NCBI GenBank assembly: GCA_003214815.1
Contig: QCLE01000005.1
Location: forward strand, 10,724-74,723
DNA from: Prochlorococcus sp. AG-412-J13
GTDB lineage: Bacteria > Cyanobacteriota > Cyanobacteriia > PCC-6307 > Cyanobiaceae
Direction of reading: 5' to 3'
DNA: 64,000 bases
A model generated the notes under the pieces. The model did not search any database, was not told the DNA's origin, and worked only from the letters and a program-made list of their open reading frames with translations. Shown one piece after another: positions 47,550 through 55,802 of this stretch. The stretch's first letter is position 1; every line of letters begins with the position of its first letter. The position numbers and the translations under genes were made by a program.

Positions 47550-47573
47550 ATATTGTATTAGAAAGAGTGTTTT

Positions 47574-47759
47574 ATGGAATTATCTACTAAACCTATACTC
47601 CCTGGTTCTTTTGTTGTTGTAAAAGACAAGAACTCTATATACAGAGGATATAAAGGGTTTGTACAAAGAGTTACAAAAAGAAGAGCAGCGGTTCTGTTTG
47701 AAGGGGGTAATTGGGATAAACTCATAACTTTTAAGCTGACGAATTTACAAATAGTATAA
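47574..47759 (+). CDS. ndhS: NDH-1 complex subunit NdhS
   Basis: ILPGSFVVV...[13 protein letters not shown]...[16 protein letters not shown]. Confidence 0.92.
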   Translation: MELSTKPILPGSFVVVKDKNSIYRGYKGFVQRVTKRRAAVLFEGGNWDKLITFKLTNLQIV

Positions 47760-47762
47760 AAA

Positions 47763-48512
47763 TTAGATTTTACCTATAGTTACAAATTTTTCTATCAAAA
47801 CCCTCGCTGCATTTGTTTCTGCTTGTTTATGGGACTTGCCGAATGCAGATGATTCTTTTAATCCTTCGATAAATATATCGCAAGAAAATCTTTTAGGGTC
47901 CCCATTTTTCTTTGAGACTTCAATTATTTTATAGACTGGCAAATCAAAACCTTTACTTTGACACCACTCTTGCAATACTGTCTTAGATTTAAATTTATAT
48001 GGAGCTTTTAAAAATATTTCTGAATCTTTCTCCCAAATATCATCTAACCAAAGATTTACTTCCTGAATTGAATTAAAGCACTTGTAAATAGAACCAATTA
48101 GAGCTTCTGTAGCTTCACCAATAATAGTTTTTTTTGAATTTTCATCACCAAGAGCTTTAGGTCCTTTAATAATTAATTTCTCTATATCAATTACCCCCCC
48201 TAATTTAGTTAACCATTCATCACTTACAATTTGTGCTCTTAGCTCTGATCTTTCTCCTACACTCATTTGAGGATATTTTTTTTCAATAAAATTAGAAGCA
48301 GCTAATCTGAGTACTGCATCTCCGAAAAATTCTAGTTTTTCGTAATTTATTATTTTGTCCGCTGAGGAATGGATAAATGCTTGATGAAAATCTTGAATAA
48401 CTAAAATATTTTGAGATCTAATTATTTCAGAAAATCTTTTTGATTTAATATTTAAAGACTTTAAAAAAGTAGTTATTTGATTGATTCTCTTTGCGTTAAT
48501 TATATTTGTCAT
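47763..48512 (-). CDS. rnc: Ribonuclease III
   Basis: EKLEFFGDAVL signature and C-terminal dsRBD (KTVLQEWCQ, GKSHKQAETNAA). Confidence 0.95.
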   Translation of the reverse strand: MTNIINAKRINQITTFLKSLNIKSKRFSEIIRSQNILVIQDFHQAFIHSSADKIINYEKLEFFGDAVLRLAASNFIEKKYPQMSVGERSELRAQIVSDEWLTKLGGVIDIEKLIIKGPKALGDENSKKTIIGEATEALIGSIYKCFNSIQEVNLWLDDIWEKDSEIFLKAPYKFKSKTVLQEWCQSKGFDLPVYKIIEVSKKNGDPKRFSCDIFIEGLKESSAFGKSHKQAETNAARVLIEKFVTIGKI

Positions 48513-48537
48513 CTGATTTGAATAGTCACAACAATTA

Positions 48538-48913
48538 GAAAGCAGGTCATAAGCCGGGTTCTGTTCATCTTAATTAAGATGGGCAACCATCTATCTAGGA
48601 CTGGAATTACTTCACAGTCTCAAGCGGCGCTTAAAAGTAGATTTTTTAATGGTCATAAATCTACTAAGCCTTGCTCCCAGCCGGGGTTTACCTAGCCAAC
48701 ACTTCTCAATGTTGCTGGTGCGCTCTTACCACACCCTTGCACCCTTGCCATACATAAAGTATTAGGCGGTATGTTTCTGTGGCACTATCCTCACGGTTGC
48801 CCGCACTGGGAATTACCCAGCAAGCCTGACCATGTGGGAGCCCGGACTTTCCTCAAAAAAGTTTTATTTTGGAAACAAAATAAAACTTTTTTGCGATTGC
48901 CTCTCCTGCTTTC
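48538..48913 (-). ncRNA. rnpB: RNase P RNA, type A
   Basis: Minus strand GAGGAAAGUCCGGG and ACAGAACCCGGCUUAU universal motifs; P1 GAAAGCAGG/CCUGCUUUC defines the ends. Confidence 0.97.
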
Positions 48914-48914
48914 A

Positions 48915-48931
48915 TTTAGCATAATGCTTAA
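48915..48931. promoter_or_regulatory. Bidirectional core promoter for rnpB and tRNA-Arg
   Basis: Near-palindrome TTTAGCAT-A-ATGCTTAA gives CATTAT on minus (7 nt before the rnpB 5' end) and CATAAT on plus. Confidence 0.5.
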
Positions 48932-48951
48932 TACTACAAAAATCATCTATT

Positions 48952-49025
<74 letters not shown>

Positions 49026-49103
49026 TAAAAATAAAAAACTATATGTAGTATGTGTGCAAACTTGCTACTCTCTAGCTAGCGTATAGTTAGTAATAAATCT
49101 TTT

Positions 49104-49436
49104 ATGGCTAAGTTGCATGATATGCGTTTAAAGCTCTTAATTCAACAAGAACATGAACGTATTTCTAAATCCCAACCTAATGATTTAGATCTTTCAATAG
49201 TTCAAGCAAGATGCCTGTGTTGGCTTGCTCTATTGGCGGAAGCTCACGAAGACCAAGCAAATGATGCTGAAAAAAGAGGCGATGCCGAGCAAGCAATGGG
49301 ATGGTTTGCTGACTCTATGAGACTAAGAGATGTTATTAATTTGGTGACTAGTATTGAGATACCTTTGCCAGATAGTCCAGATTCACTCGATGAAAATGAC
49401 GAATTATTGGATGGCCCTACAATTTTGCCCAAATAG
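49104..49436 (+). CDS. Hypothetical alpha-helical protein with acidic tail
   Basis: 110 aa ATG-start ORF with protein-like composition, filling the gap after the tRNA. Confidence 0.75.
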   Translation: MAKLHDMRLKLLIQQEHERISKSQPNDLDLSIVQARCLCWLALLAEAHEDQANDAEKRGDAEQAMGWFADSMRLRDVINLVTSIEIPLPDSPDSLDENDELLDGPTILPK

Positions 49437-49467
49437 TGAGATGATATAAAGAGAATTATATTTTCTT

Positions 49468-49923
49468 TTGGCTGAAGAACTATGTCAATGCTCTGATTGT
49501 CAGAGATTTTATAAAGAGCATGATCGTCTGATTAGAGAATTTCCCACTTTTAAGCAGCAACAAGAATTGAATTGGGCATCTATTCAATCGTTCAGAACTC
49601 TTTGTACTAAGATTACTGATCAGTTGCAGAGAGAATTATCTGAAAGAGAATCAAATGAAGATATCAGTACAGAAGAAAAACATATTTCTGATACAGAAAT
49701 TACTGAAACTTTAGATGAACTTGAAAGTGTTAATGCCTATTTATATTCAATTGAGGCATTAATGGAGAGAATATTTGATACAAAAATTTCAAACAATATT
49801 GAATCAAAATTTAAAGAAATTGCCAATGAATTAGCCCCAGACCCATTAAATATGGATCGATTAATTTTGAATAGATTATTTCATCAAACCCCAGATTCAC
49901 CAGATAAGAAAAATACTAATTAG
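49468..49923 (+). CDS. Hypothetical coiled-coil protein with CxCxxC motif
   Basis: 151 aa TTG-start ORF; LCQCSDC at the N-terminus and an acidic helical body. Confidence 0.75.
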   Translation: MAEELCQCSDCQRFYKEHDRLIREFPTFKQQQELNWASIQSFRTLCTKITDQLQRELSERESNEDISTEEKHISDTEITETLDELESVNAYLYSIEALMERIFDTKISNNIESKFKEIANELAPDPLNMDRLILNRLFHQTPDSPDKKNTN

Positions 49924-52462
49924 TTAATTCTTCGACATCGCAAGTAATTTCAACTGGCATTGGAGAGACTTTCCAAATAGATTTACAGTACTCTCTAATA
50001 GATCTATCTGAAGAAAAATATCCTGATCTAGCAGTATTTAATAATGCCATTTTATTCCAAGATTTTTTATTAGTCCAGCATTCACTAACCACATCTTGTT
50101 TAATTAAGTAGTCTTCAAAGTCAGCCATAACAAAAAATGGGTCATATCCAGTCAAACTATTTAATAAAGGTTTAAATAATTCTTTATCTCCATTGCTAAA
50201 GTGACCAATTTCAATTAATCGTATAACTTCTTTAAGCTCAGGAGATTGATCAATAAAAGTTTTAGGAGAGTAATTATTATTTTTTAAATCCATAATTTCG
50301 CTTTCAGTTTTACCAAAAAGAAAGAAATTCTCTTTTTTCACAAGATCTCTTAATTCCACATTAGCTCCATCTAAGGTTCCAATCGTCAATGCTCCATTCA
50401 TGGCAAACTTCATATTTCCAGTTCCAGATGCTTCTTTTCCTGCAGTTGAAATTTGTTCTGAAAGATCCGTTGCAGGATAAACTATTTCACCAAGTTTAAC
50501 GTTATAGTCTGGAAGAAAAACAACTCTTAATAATCCATCCATATCTGGATCAGAATTAACTACATCAGCAATACCATTAATAAATCGAATCATAAGCTTT
50601 GCCATAAAGTAACCTGGTGCAGCTTTACCTCCAAAAATTATTGTTCTTGGGACGTCATACTTGTTTGTACCATTTTTGATTCTCAAATACTGAGCAATAA
50701 TTTGTAGTGCGTTTAAATGTTGCCTTTTATATTGATGAATTCTTTTTACTTGAACATCAAATAAACTTGAAGGATCTACAAGTATTCCAGTTTTTGAATG
50801 GATAAAACTAGATAATTTTCTTTTGCCATTTAATTTAGTTTCCTCAAATTTTTGTAAAAAATTGTTGTCATCTTTTTTTTCTTCTAACTTTTTAAGAAGT
50901 TCCATATTTGTTATCCAATTAGGGCCAACTTCCTCTTCTAGAAGGTTAGATAATGATGGATTAGAAAGGGCAACCCATCTCCTTGGAGTAACCCCATTAG
51001 TTACATTTGTAAATTTTTCAGGCCATAGTGCTGCGAATTCAGGAAGAAGTTGTCTTTTTATTAGATCTGAGTGAAGAGCTGCTACACCATTTATATGATG
51101 TGCTCCAATTGTAGCCAAATGAGCCATTCTTACTGATTTCGATCCTTCTTCATCAATTATTGAGAGCTTTTGAAGGATTTTGTCATCACCAGGATAACGT
51201 AGTCTTAATTGTTGTAGGAATCTCCAATTAATTTCATAAATAATTTCTAGATGACGAGGAAGGAGATTATTAAATAAACCTAAATCCCATTTCTCTAAAG
51301 CTTCTGGAAGTAATGTATGGTTGGTATAAGCGACTGAAGAGGTTGTTATATTCCAAGCTTTATCCCAACCTATTTGATATTGGTCAATAAGAAGTCGCAT
51401 TAATTCAGCTACAGCAATTGCAGGATGAGTATCATTTAGCTGTACTGTCCAATGTTTAGAAAATTCTGTTATTGGTATTGATCTTTTTTCAAGGCTTCTC
51501 AACATATCCTGGAGAGAACAACTTACAAAAAAGTGTTGTTGTTTTAGTCTTAATCTTCTACCTTCATCAGTTCCATCATTAGGATATAGAACTTTTGAAA
51601 GAGTTTCAGATGCAACTTTTTCTTCAACCGCTCCATAATAATCACCAATATTGAATGCATAAAAGTCAAAACTTTCTGTGGCATCAGCCCTCCACAATCT
51701 TAATCTGTCACATGTATTTACTCTGTATCCTAAGACTGGAACATCATGAGGTACTCCAATAGCGTGTTCAGAAGGTATCCACCTTGATCTGTAGTTGCCT
51801 TTATCATCTCTATAACTTTCAGTTCTACCTCCAAAGCCAACAAAACATGATTCGTCAGGCTGTGGCAGCTCCCATGGCCACCCACCTTTTAGCCATTTAT
51901 CAGTAACTTCAACTTGCCAACCGTCTCTAATTAGCTGATTGAATATGCCAAATTCATATCGAATACCATAACCAACTGCTGGAACTTGAAGAGAGGCTAA
52001 TGATTCCATGTAACACGCTGCAAGTCTACCAAGTCCACCATTACCTAGTCCAGGTTCTTCTTCAACTTCAAGGATTGTTGACAATGATTCAATTCCAAAT
52101 CTCTTTAGAGCATCTTCTGCTTCTTTAGTTATTCCTAGATTGAGAAGATTATTACTTAATTGAGGACCTATTAAAAATTCTGCTGATAAGTAGGCAACTG
52201 TTTTTTGTGGTTTTTTCCTTATGACTTCTTGACTGGCTAAGTATCTGGTCATTAGCCTATCTTTAACTGCGTAACTTAACGCCATATACAAGTCGTGAGG
52301 ACTTGCAGAAGTAGCCAACTTTCCAAGAGTATAAAAAAGATGGGCTGTCATTCCTTGAAAAACAGCATCAGAATCCATGCCAGCTTTCTCAGGATCTAAA
52401 TAGCAGCCTGGGGTAGGCAAGCGTAGATCGAAGGGTTCGTTGGAATTCATTATATTAGCCAT
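49916..52462 (-). CDS. glgP: Glycogen/alpha-glucan phosphorylase
   Basis: GLGNGGLGRLAAC, QLNDTHP, KRIHQYKRQ and EASGTGNMK PLP site. Confidence 0.98.
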   Translation of the reverse strand: MANIMNSNEPFDLRLPTPGCYLDPEKAGMDSDAVFQGMTAHLFYTLGKLATSASPHDLYMALSYAVKDRLMTRYLASQEVIRKKPQKTVAYLSAEFLIGPQLSNNLLNLGITKEAEDALKRFGIESLSTILEVEEEPGLGNGGLGRLAACYMESLASLQVPAVGYGIRYEFGIFNQLIRDGWQVEVTDKWLKGGWPWELPQPDESCFVGFGGRTESYRDDKGNYRSRWIPSEHAIGVPHDVPVLGYRVNTCDRLRLWRADATESFDFYAFNIGDYYGAVEEKVASETLSKVLYPNDGTDEGRRLRLKQQHFFVSCSLQDMLRSLEKRSIPITEFSKHWTVQLNDTHPAIAVAELMRLLIDQYQIGWDKAWNITTSSVAYTNHTLLPEALEKWDLGLFNNLLPRHLEIIYEINWRFLQQLRLRYPGDDKILQKLSIIDEEGSKSVRMAHLATIGAHHINGVAALHSDLIKRQLLPEFAALWPEKFTNVTNGVTPRRWVALSNPSLSNLLEEEVGPNWITNMELLKKLEEKKDDNNFLQKFEETKLNGKRKLSSFIHSKTGILVDPSSLFDVQVKRIHQYKRQHLNALQIIAQYLRIKNGTNKYDVPRTIIFGGKAAPGYFMAKLMIRFINGIADVVNSDPDMDGLLRVVFLPDYNVKLGEIVYPATDLSEQISTAGKEASGTGNMKFAMNGALTIGTLDGANVELRDLVKKENFFLFGKTESEIMDLKNNNYSPKTFIDQSPELKEVIRLIEIGHFSNGDKELFKPLLNSLTGYDPFFVMADFEDYLIKQDVVSECWTNKKSWNKMALLNTARSGYFSSDRSIREYCKSIWKVSPMPVEITCDVEELTN

Positions 52463-52613
52463 ATAACAGACAATAGCCAGTTTTTAGAAAATTTCTTTGT
52501 TGTAACTTCAGATCCACACTTGTTGAGTATTTTTGCTTTTTTCTTACATATTTCTTAAAGAGGGCCCTCGATAAACTATCTTCCAATTAGGTAGTTTATT
52601 TTTTACACTTATA

Positions 52614-53981
52614 ATGTATTCTTTACTTGCTGAATTAAGTGCACATGATTTAGAAGTTGCTGAAACATTGATCGGAGTTATAAGATTTCTATTGATCTTT
52701 TTAGCAGCAAGAGCATTAGCAGAAGTATTAGTAAGACTAAGTTTACCAACGATTGTAGGTGAGCTTCTTGCAGGGGTTGTAATAGGAGCATCAGGGTTTC
52801 ATTTATTGATACCGCCCTCTGCTGGAACTGAACTAAATGAAGGACTTGTAAATGTTATTAGTTCATTAGCTTCAATTCCTCCGGAAGCAGTACCTGATGT
52901 TTATTTCGAAAGTTTTCCATCCCTACAAGCAGTAGCAACACTTGGTTTATATGCACTTTTATTTTTAACAGGATTAGAAAGTGAGTTAGAGGAATTGGTA
53001 GCTGTCGGTGCGCAGGCTTTTACCGTTGCTATGGCTGGGGTAATTTTACCGTTTGCATTTGGAACTCTCGGATTAATGTTTATTTTCCAAGTAGATCTAA
53101 TTCCAGCAGTTTTTGCTGGAGCCTCTATGACAGCCACAAGTATAGGAATTACTGCAAGTGTTTTCGGTGAATTAGGATATTTGAAAACTAGGGAAGGACA
53201 GATTGTTATTGGTGCAGCAGTTCTAGACGATATTTTGGGAATTGTTATTCTGGCAGTTGTTGTGGCTCTTGCCGCAGGAGGTTCTTTAGAAATTGCTCCT
53301 ATTGTGAAATTAGTTGCCGCAGCTGTAGTATTTGTTATTGCTGCTATCGCATTAAGTCGAACAGCAGCTCCAGGATTTGATTGGTTATTAGATAGATTGA
53401 AAGCTCCAGGAGCTGTAGTAGTAGCATCTTTTGTGATACTTGTATTATGTTGTTTTGTTGCAACAGCCATTGGATTAGAAGCAGCTTTAGGTGCTTTTGC
53501 AGCTGGATTGATTCTTAGTAGTTCTAAAAATAATCATGCAATACAACAATCTGTTTTACCTTTAGTTTCCTTATTCGCAACTATTTTCTTTGTATTAGTT
53601 GGAGCTGGAATGGATTTATCGGTTATCAATCCACTTGATCCAACAAGTAGATCAGCTCTTGTGGTTGCAGGATTTTTATTAGTTGTTGCAATTATTGGAA
53701 AAATTGCAGCTGGATGGGTATTTTCAAGTGATAAACCTACAAATAGATTAGTTGTTGGTTTGGGTATGATGCCTAGAGGAGAGGTTGGTTTAATTTTCCT
53801 TGGTCTAGGAACAAGCGCTAAGTTGTTAACTCCTTCTCTTGAAGCAGCTATTTTATTAATGGTTATTGGAACTACATTTCTTGCACCTGTTCTCTTGAGA
53901 ATTGTTCTAAAAGATAAGCCCCCAAATGATGGCAATAAAATTTCAGATGATGTTGCAGCTGATCCTGTGGGTCTTCTTTAG
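52614..53981 (+). CDS. CPA2 Na+/H+ antiporter (NhaS3-like)
   Basis: GELLAGVVIG, GLES, TSIGIT, AAVLDD and GMMPRGEVGL; many TM helices. Confidence 0.9.
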   Translation: MYSLLAELSAHDLEVAETLIGVIRFLLIFLAARALAEVLVRLSLPTIVGELLAGVVIGASGFHLLIPPSAGTELNEGLVNVISSLASIPPEAVPDVYFESFPSLQAVATLGLYALLFLTGLESELEELVAVGAQAFTVAMAGVILPFAFGTLGLMFIFQVDLIPAVFAGASMTATSIGITASVFGELGYLKTREGQIVIGAAVLDDILGIVILAVVVALAAGGSLEIAPIVKLVAAAVVFVIAAIALSRTAAPGFDWLLDRLKAPGAVVVASFVILVLCCFVATAIGLEAALGAFAAGLILSSSKNNHAIQQSVLPLVSLFATIFFVLVGAGMDLSVINPLDPTSRSALVVAGFLLVVAIIGKIAAGWVFSSDKPTNRLVVGLGMMPRGEVGLIFLGLGTSAKLLTPSLEAAILLMVIGTTFLAPVLLRIVLKDKPPNDGNKISDDVAADPVGLL

Positions 53982-54024
53982 GAAATAAGTTTATTACAAT
54001 CAATAATAATAGGATTTTTAATAT

Positions 54025-54924
54025 ATGAAAAAATTAGCTCAGCTAGATTGTTTTGCAAATTATGACTGGAATTTTTTAAATTACCCAATACATACTGTTT
54101 CTGCTAAGCCTGAGCAAACATCAAAAGAATGTGCAATTTTATTAATTCATGGTTTCGGAGCTTCTACGGATCATTGGAGATTCAATATCCCTATTTTGAG
54201 TAACAAATACGAAGTTTATGCTATGGATCTTCTCGGTTTTGGAAAAAGTCCTAAGCCGCAAGATGTTGAATACTCAGGATCTTTATGGAAAGATCAAGTT
54301 GTCGCTTTTGTAAAAGATAAAATAAAAAAACCTACAATTATTGTTGGAAATTCATTAGGTGGTTATGCAGCATTAGCAGCTGGTTCAGAATTAAAAGAGC
54401 TAAACGCAGGAGTGATATTACTTAATGCTGCAGGATATTTTAGTGAAGAAAAAACTATCAAAAAGAATATGTTGCAAACTTCACTTGAAACAGTTGCAGG
54501 TATATTTTTGAAAAATATTGTTTTTCAACGTTTAATTTTTGAGAATATGAGAAATCCAAAAAATATTAAAAAGACTTTGAATCAAGTTTATGTTGATAAA
54601 AAAAATGTTGATGATTTTTTAGTTGAGTCAATAAGAAAGCCTTCGCTAGATTACGGAGCTTTTAATGTTTTTAGAAGTGTATTTAACCCATCAGGTCCTC
54701 AGGGTTTGCCATTGGATAAGTTATTCGCAAAACTCGATTCACCATTATTACTGCTTTGGGGAGGAAAAGATCCATGGATGAACACTCCAAAAAAAAGAAA
54801 TCTATATAAAAAATTTACACCAAAGAATACAAAAGAAATCATTCTTGATGCTGGACATTGTCCTCATGATGAAATACCTGATTTAGTTAATCAGCATATT
54901 TTGGATTGGGTTGATTCTCTTTAA
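54025..54924 (+). CDS. Alpha/beta hydrolase (pheophytinase-like family)
   Basis: HGFGASTDHWR, DLLGFG, GNSLGGY and GHCPHDE. Confidence 0.9.
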   Translation: MKKLAQLDCFANYDWNFLNYPIHTVSAKPEQTSKECAILLIHGFGASTDHWRFNIPILSNKYEVYAMDLLGFGKSPKPQDVEYSGSLWKDQVVAFVKDKIKKPTIIVGNSLGGYAALAAGSELKELNAGVILLNAAGYFSEEKTIKKNMLQTSLETVAGIFLKNIVFQRLIFENMRNPKNIKKTLNQVYVDKKNVDDFLVESIRKPSLDYGAFNVFRSVFNPSGPQGLPLDKLFAKLDSPLLLLWGGKDPWMNTPKKRNLYKKFTPKNTKEIILDAGHCPHDEIPDLVNQHILDWVDSL

Positions 54925-54933
54925 GTAACAATT

Positions 54934-55788
54934 GTGGAAATTAAATTATCTAATAAAGACCAAGGAATTTTTGTGTTTCAATTAGATCAAAAAAACTATA
55001 TTAAATTTTGTCCTAAAAGGGGAGGTGTTATTACAAATTGGGTTTCGGATGGCAATGAAATACTTTATTTCGATGAAAAAAGATTTATGGATAAATCAAA
55101 AAGTATTAGGGGAGGCATTCCAATCTTGTTTCCAATTTGTGGAAATCTCAATATATCTAGTTCTGTATTTGGAAAAGATTATTTGCAATTAAAACAACAT
55201 GGTTTCGCTAGGGATTTGGAATGGCAATACTCTTTTAATGAAAATGAAAAATCCTTATGCTTACTTTTAAATGAATCTAAAAAAACTAAAAAATATTATC
55301 CTTTCGATTTCGAACTTAGAATAGAAGTTACATTGAAGGTAAACTGTTTAGAATTTGAAATTACCATTCATAACAAAACAGATATTACTATGCCTATAAA
55401 TTTTGGATTGCATCCTTATTTTAATGTTTCAGATTTCAAAAATTTAGATTTTATTAATAATCCACTTAATTGTCAGAATCAAGAAAAAAACATCATTAGT
55501 AATACTTTGGATGAATTAAACAATATAAATTTAGGAATTGATCTACTTATGTATACTTCCGGCAGGAGCGCTTTTCGAGATAAAATTTTCAAAAGACAAG
55601 TAACTTTAAATCATCCTTATCCTTTTGACCTAGGTGTTATTTGGAGTGATCCTCCAAGAAGAATGATATGTCTTGAACCTTGGACTAGTCCCCGAAATTC
55701 TTTTGTTGATGGATTCAGAAACATTATGATTCCTTCAAATGATAGTCAAATTTTTGATGCCTCAATACAAATAAAATCTCTTAAGTAA
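54934..55788 (+). CDS. Aldose 1-epimerase/galactose mutarotase-like protein
   Basis: RGGIPILFP, HGFAR, GLHPYF and CLEPW. Confidence 0.9.
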   Translation: MEIKLSNKDQGIFVFQLDQKNYIKFCPKRGGVITNWVSDGNEILYFDEKRFMDKSKSIRGGIPILFPICGNLNISSSVFGKDYLQLKQHGFARDLEWQYSFNENEKSLCLLLNESKKTKKYYPFDFELRIEVTLKVNCLEFEITIHNKTDITMPINFGLHPYFNVSDFKNLDFINNPLNCQNQEKNIISNTLDELNNINLGIDLLMYTSGRSAFRDKIFKRQVTLNHPYPFDLGVIWSDPPRRMICLEPWTSPRNSFVDGFRNIMIPSNDSQIFDASIQIKSLK

Positions 55789-55802
55789 ATTATGCATTTC
55801 TT

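Noticed and set aside
49026-49923. Genomic island or prophage at tRNA-Arg(CCT)
   Set aside because: No integrase and no duplicated tRNA 3' end seen; the two ORFs are followed directly by core glgP
52901-53935. Two long antisense ORFs (189 and 133 aa) inside the antiporter
   Set aside because: Shadow ORFs expected opposite a hydrophobic Ala/Gly/Val-rich gene. The same applies to the antisense ORFs in uvrB, lysC, mutS, gyrB, mreB, glgP and icd.
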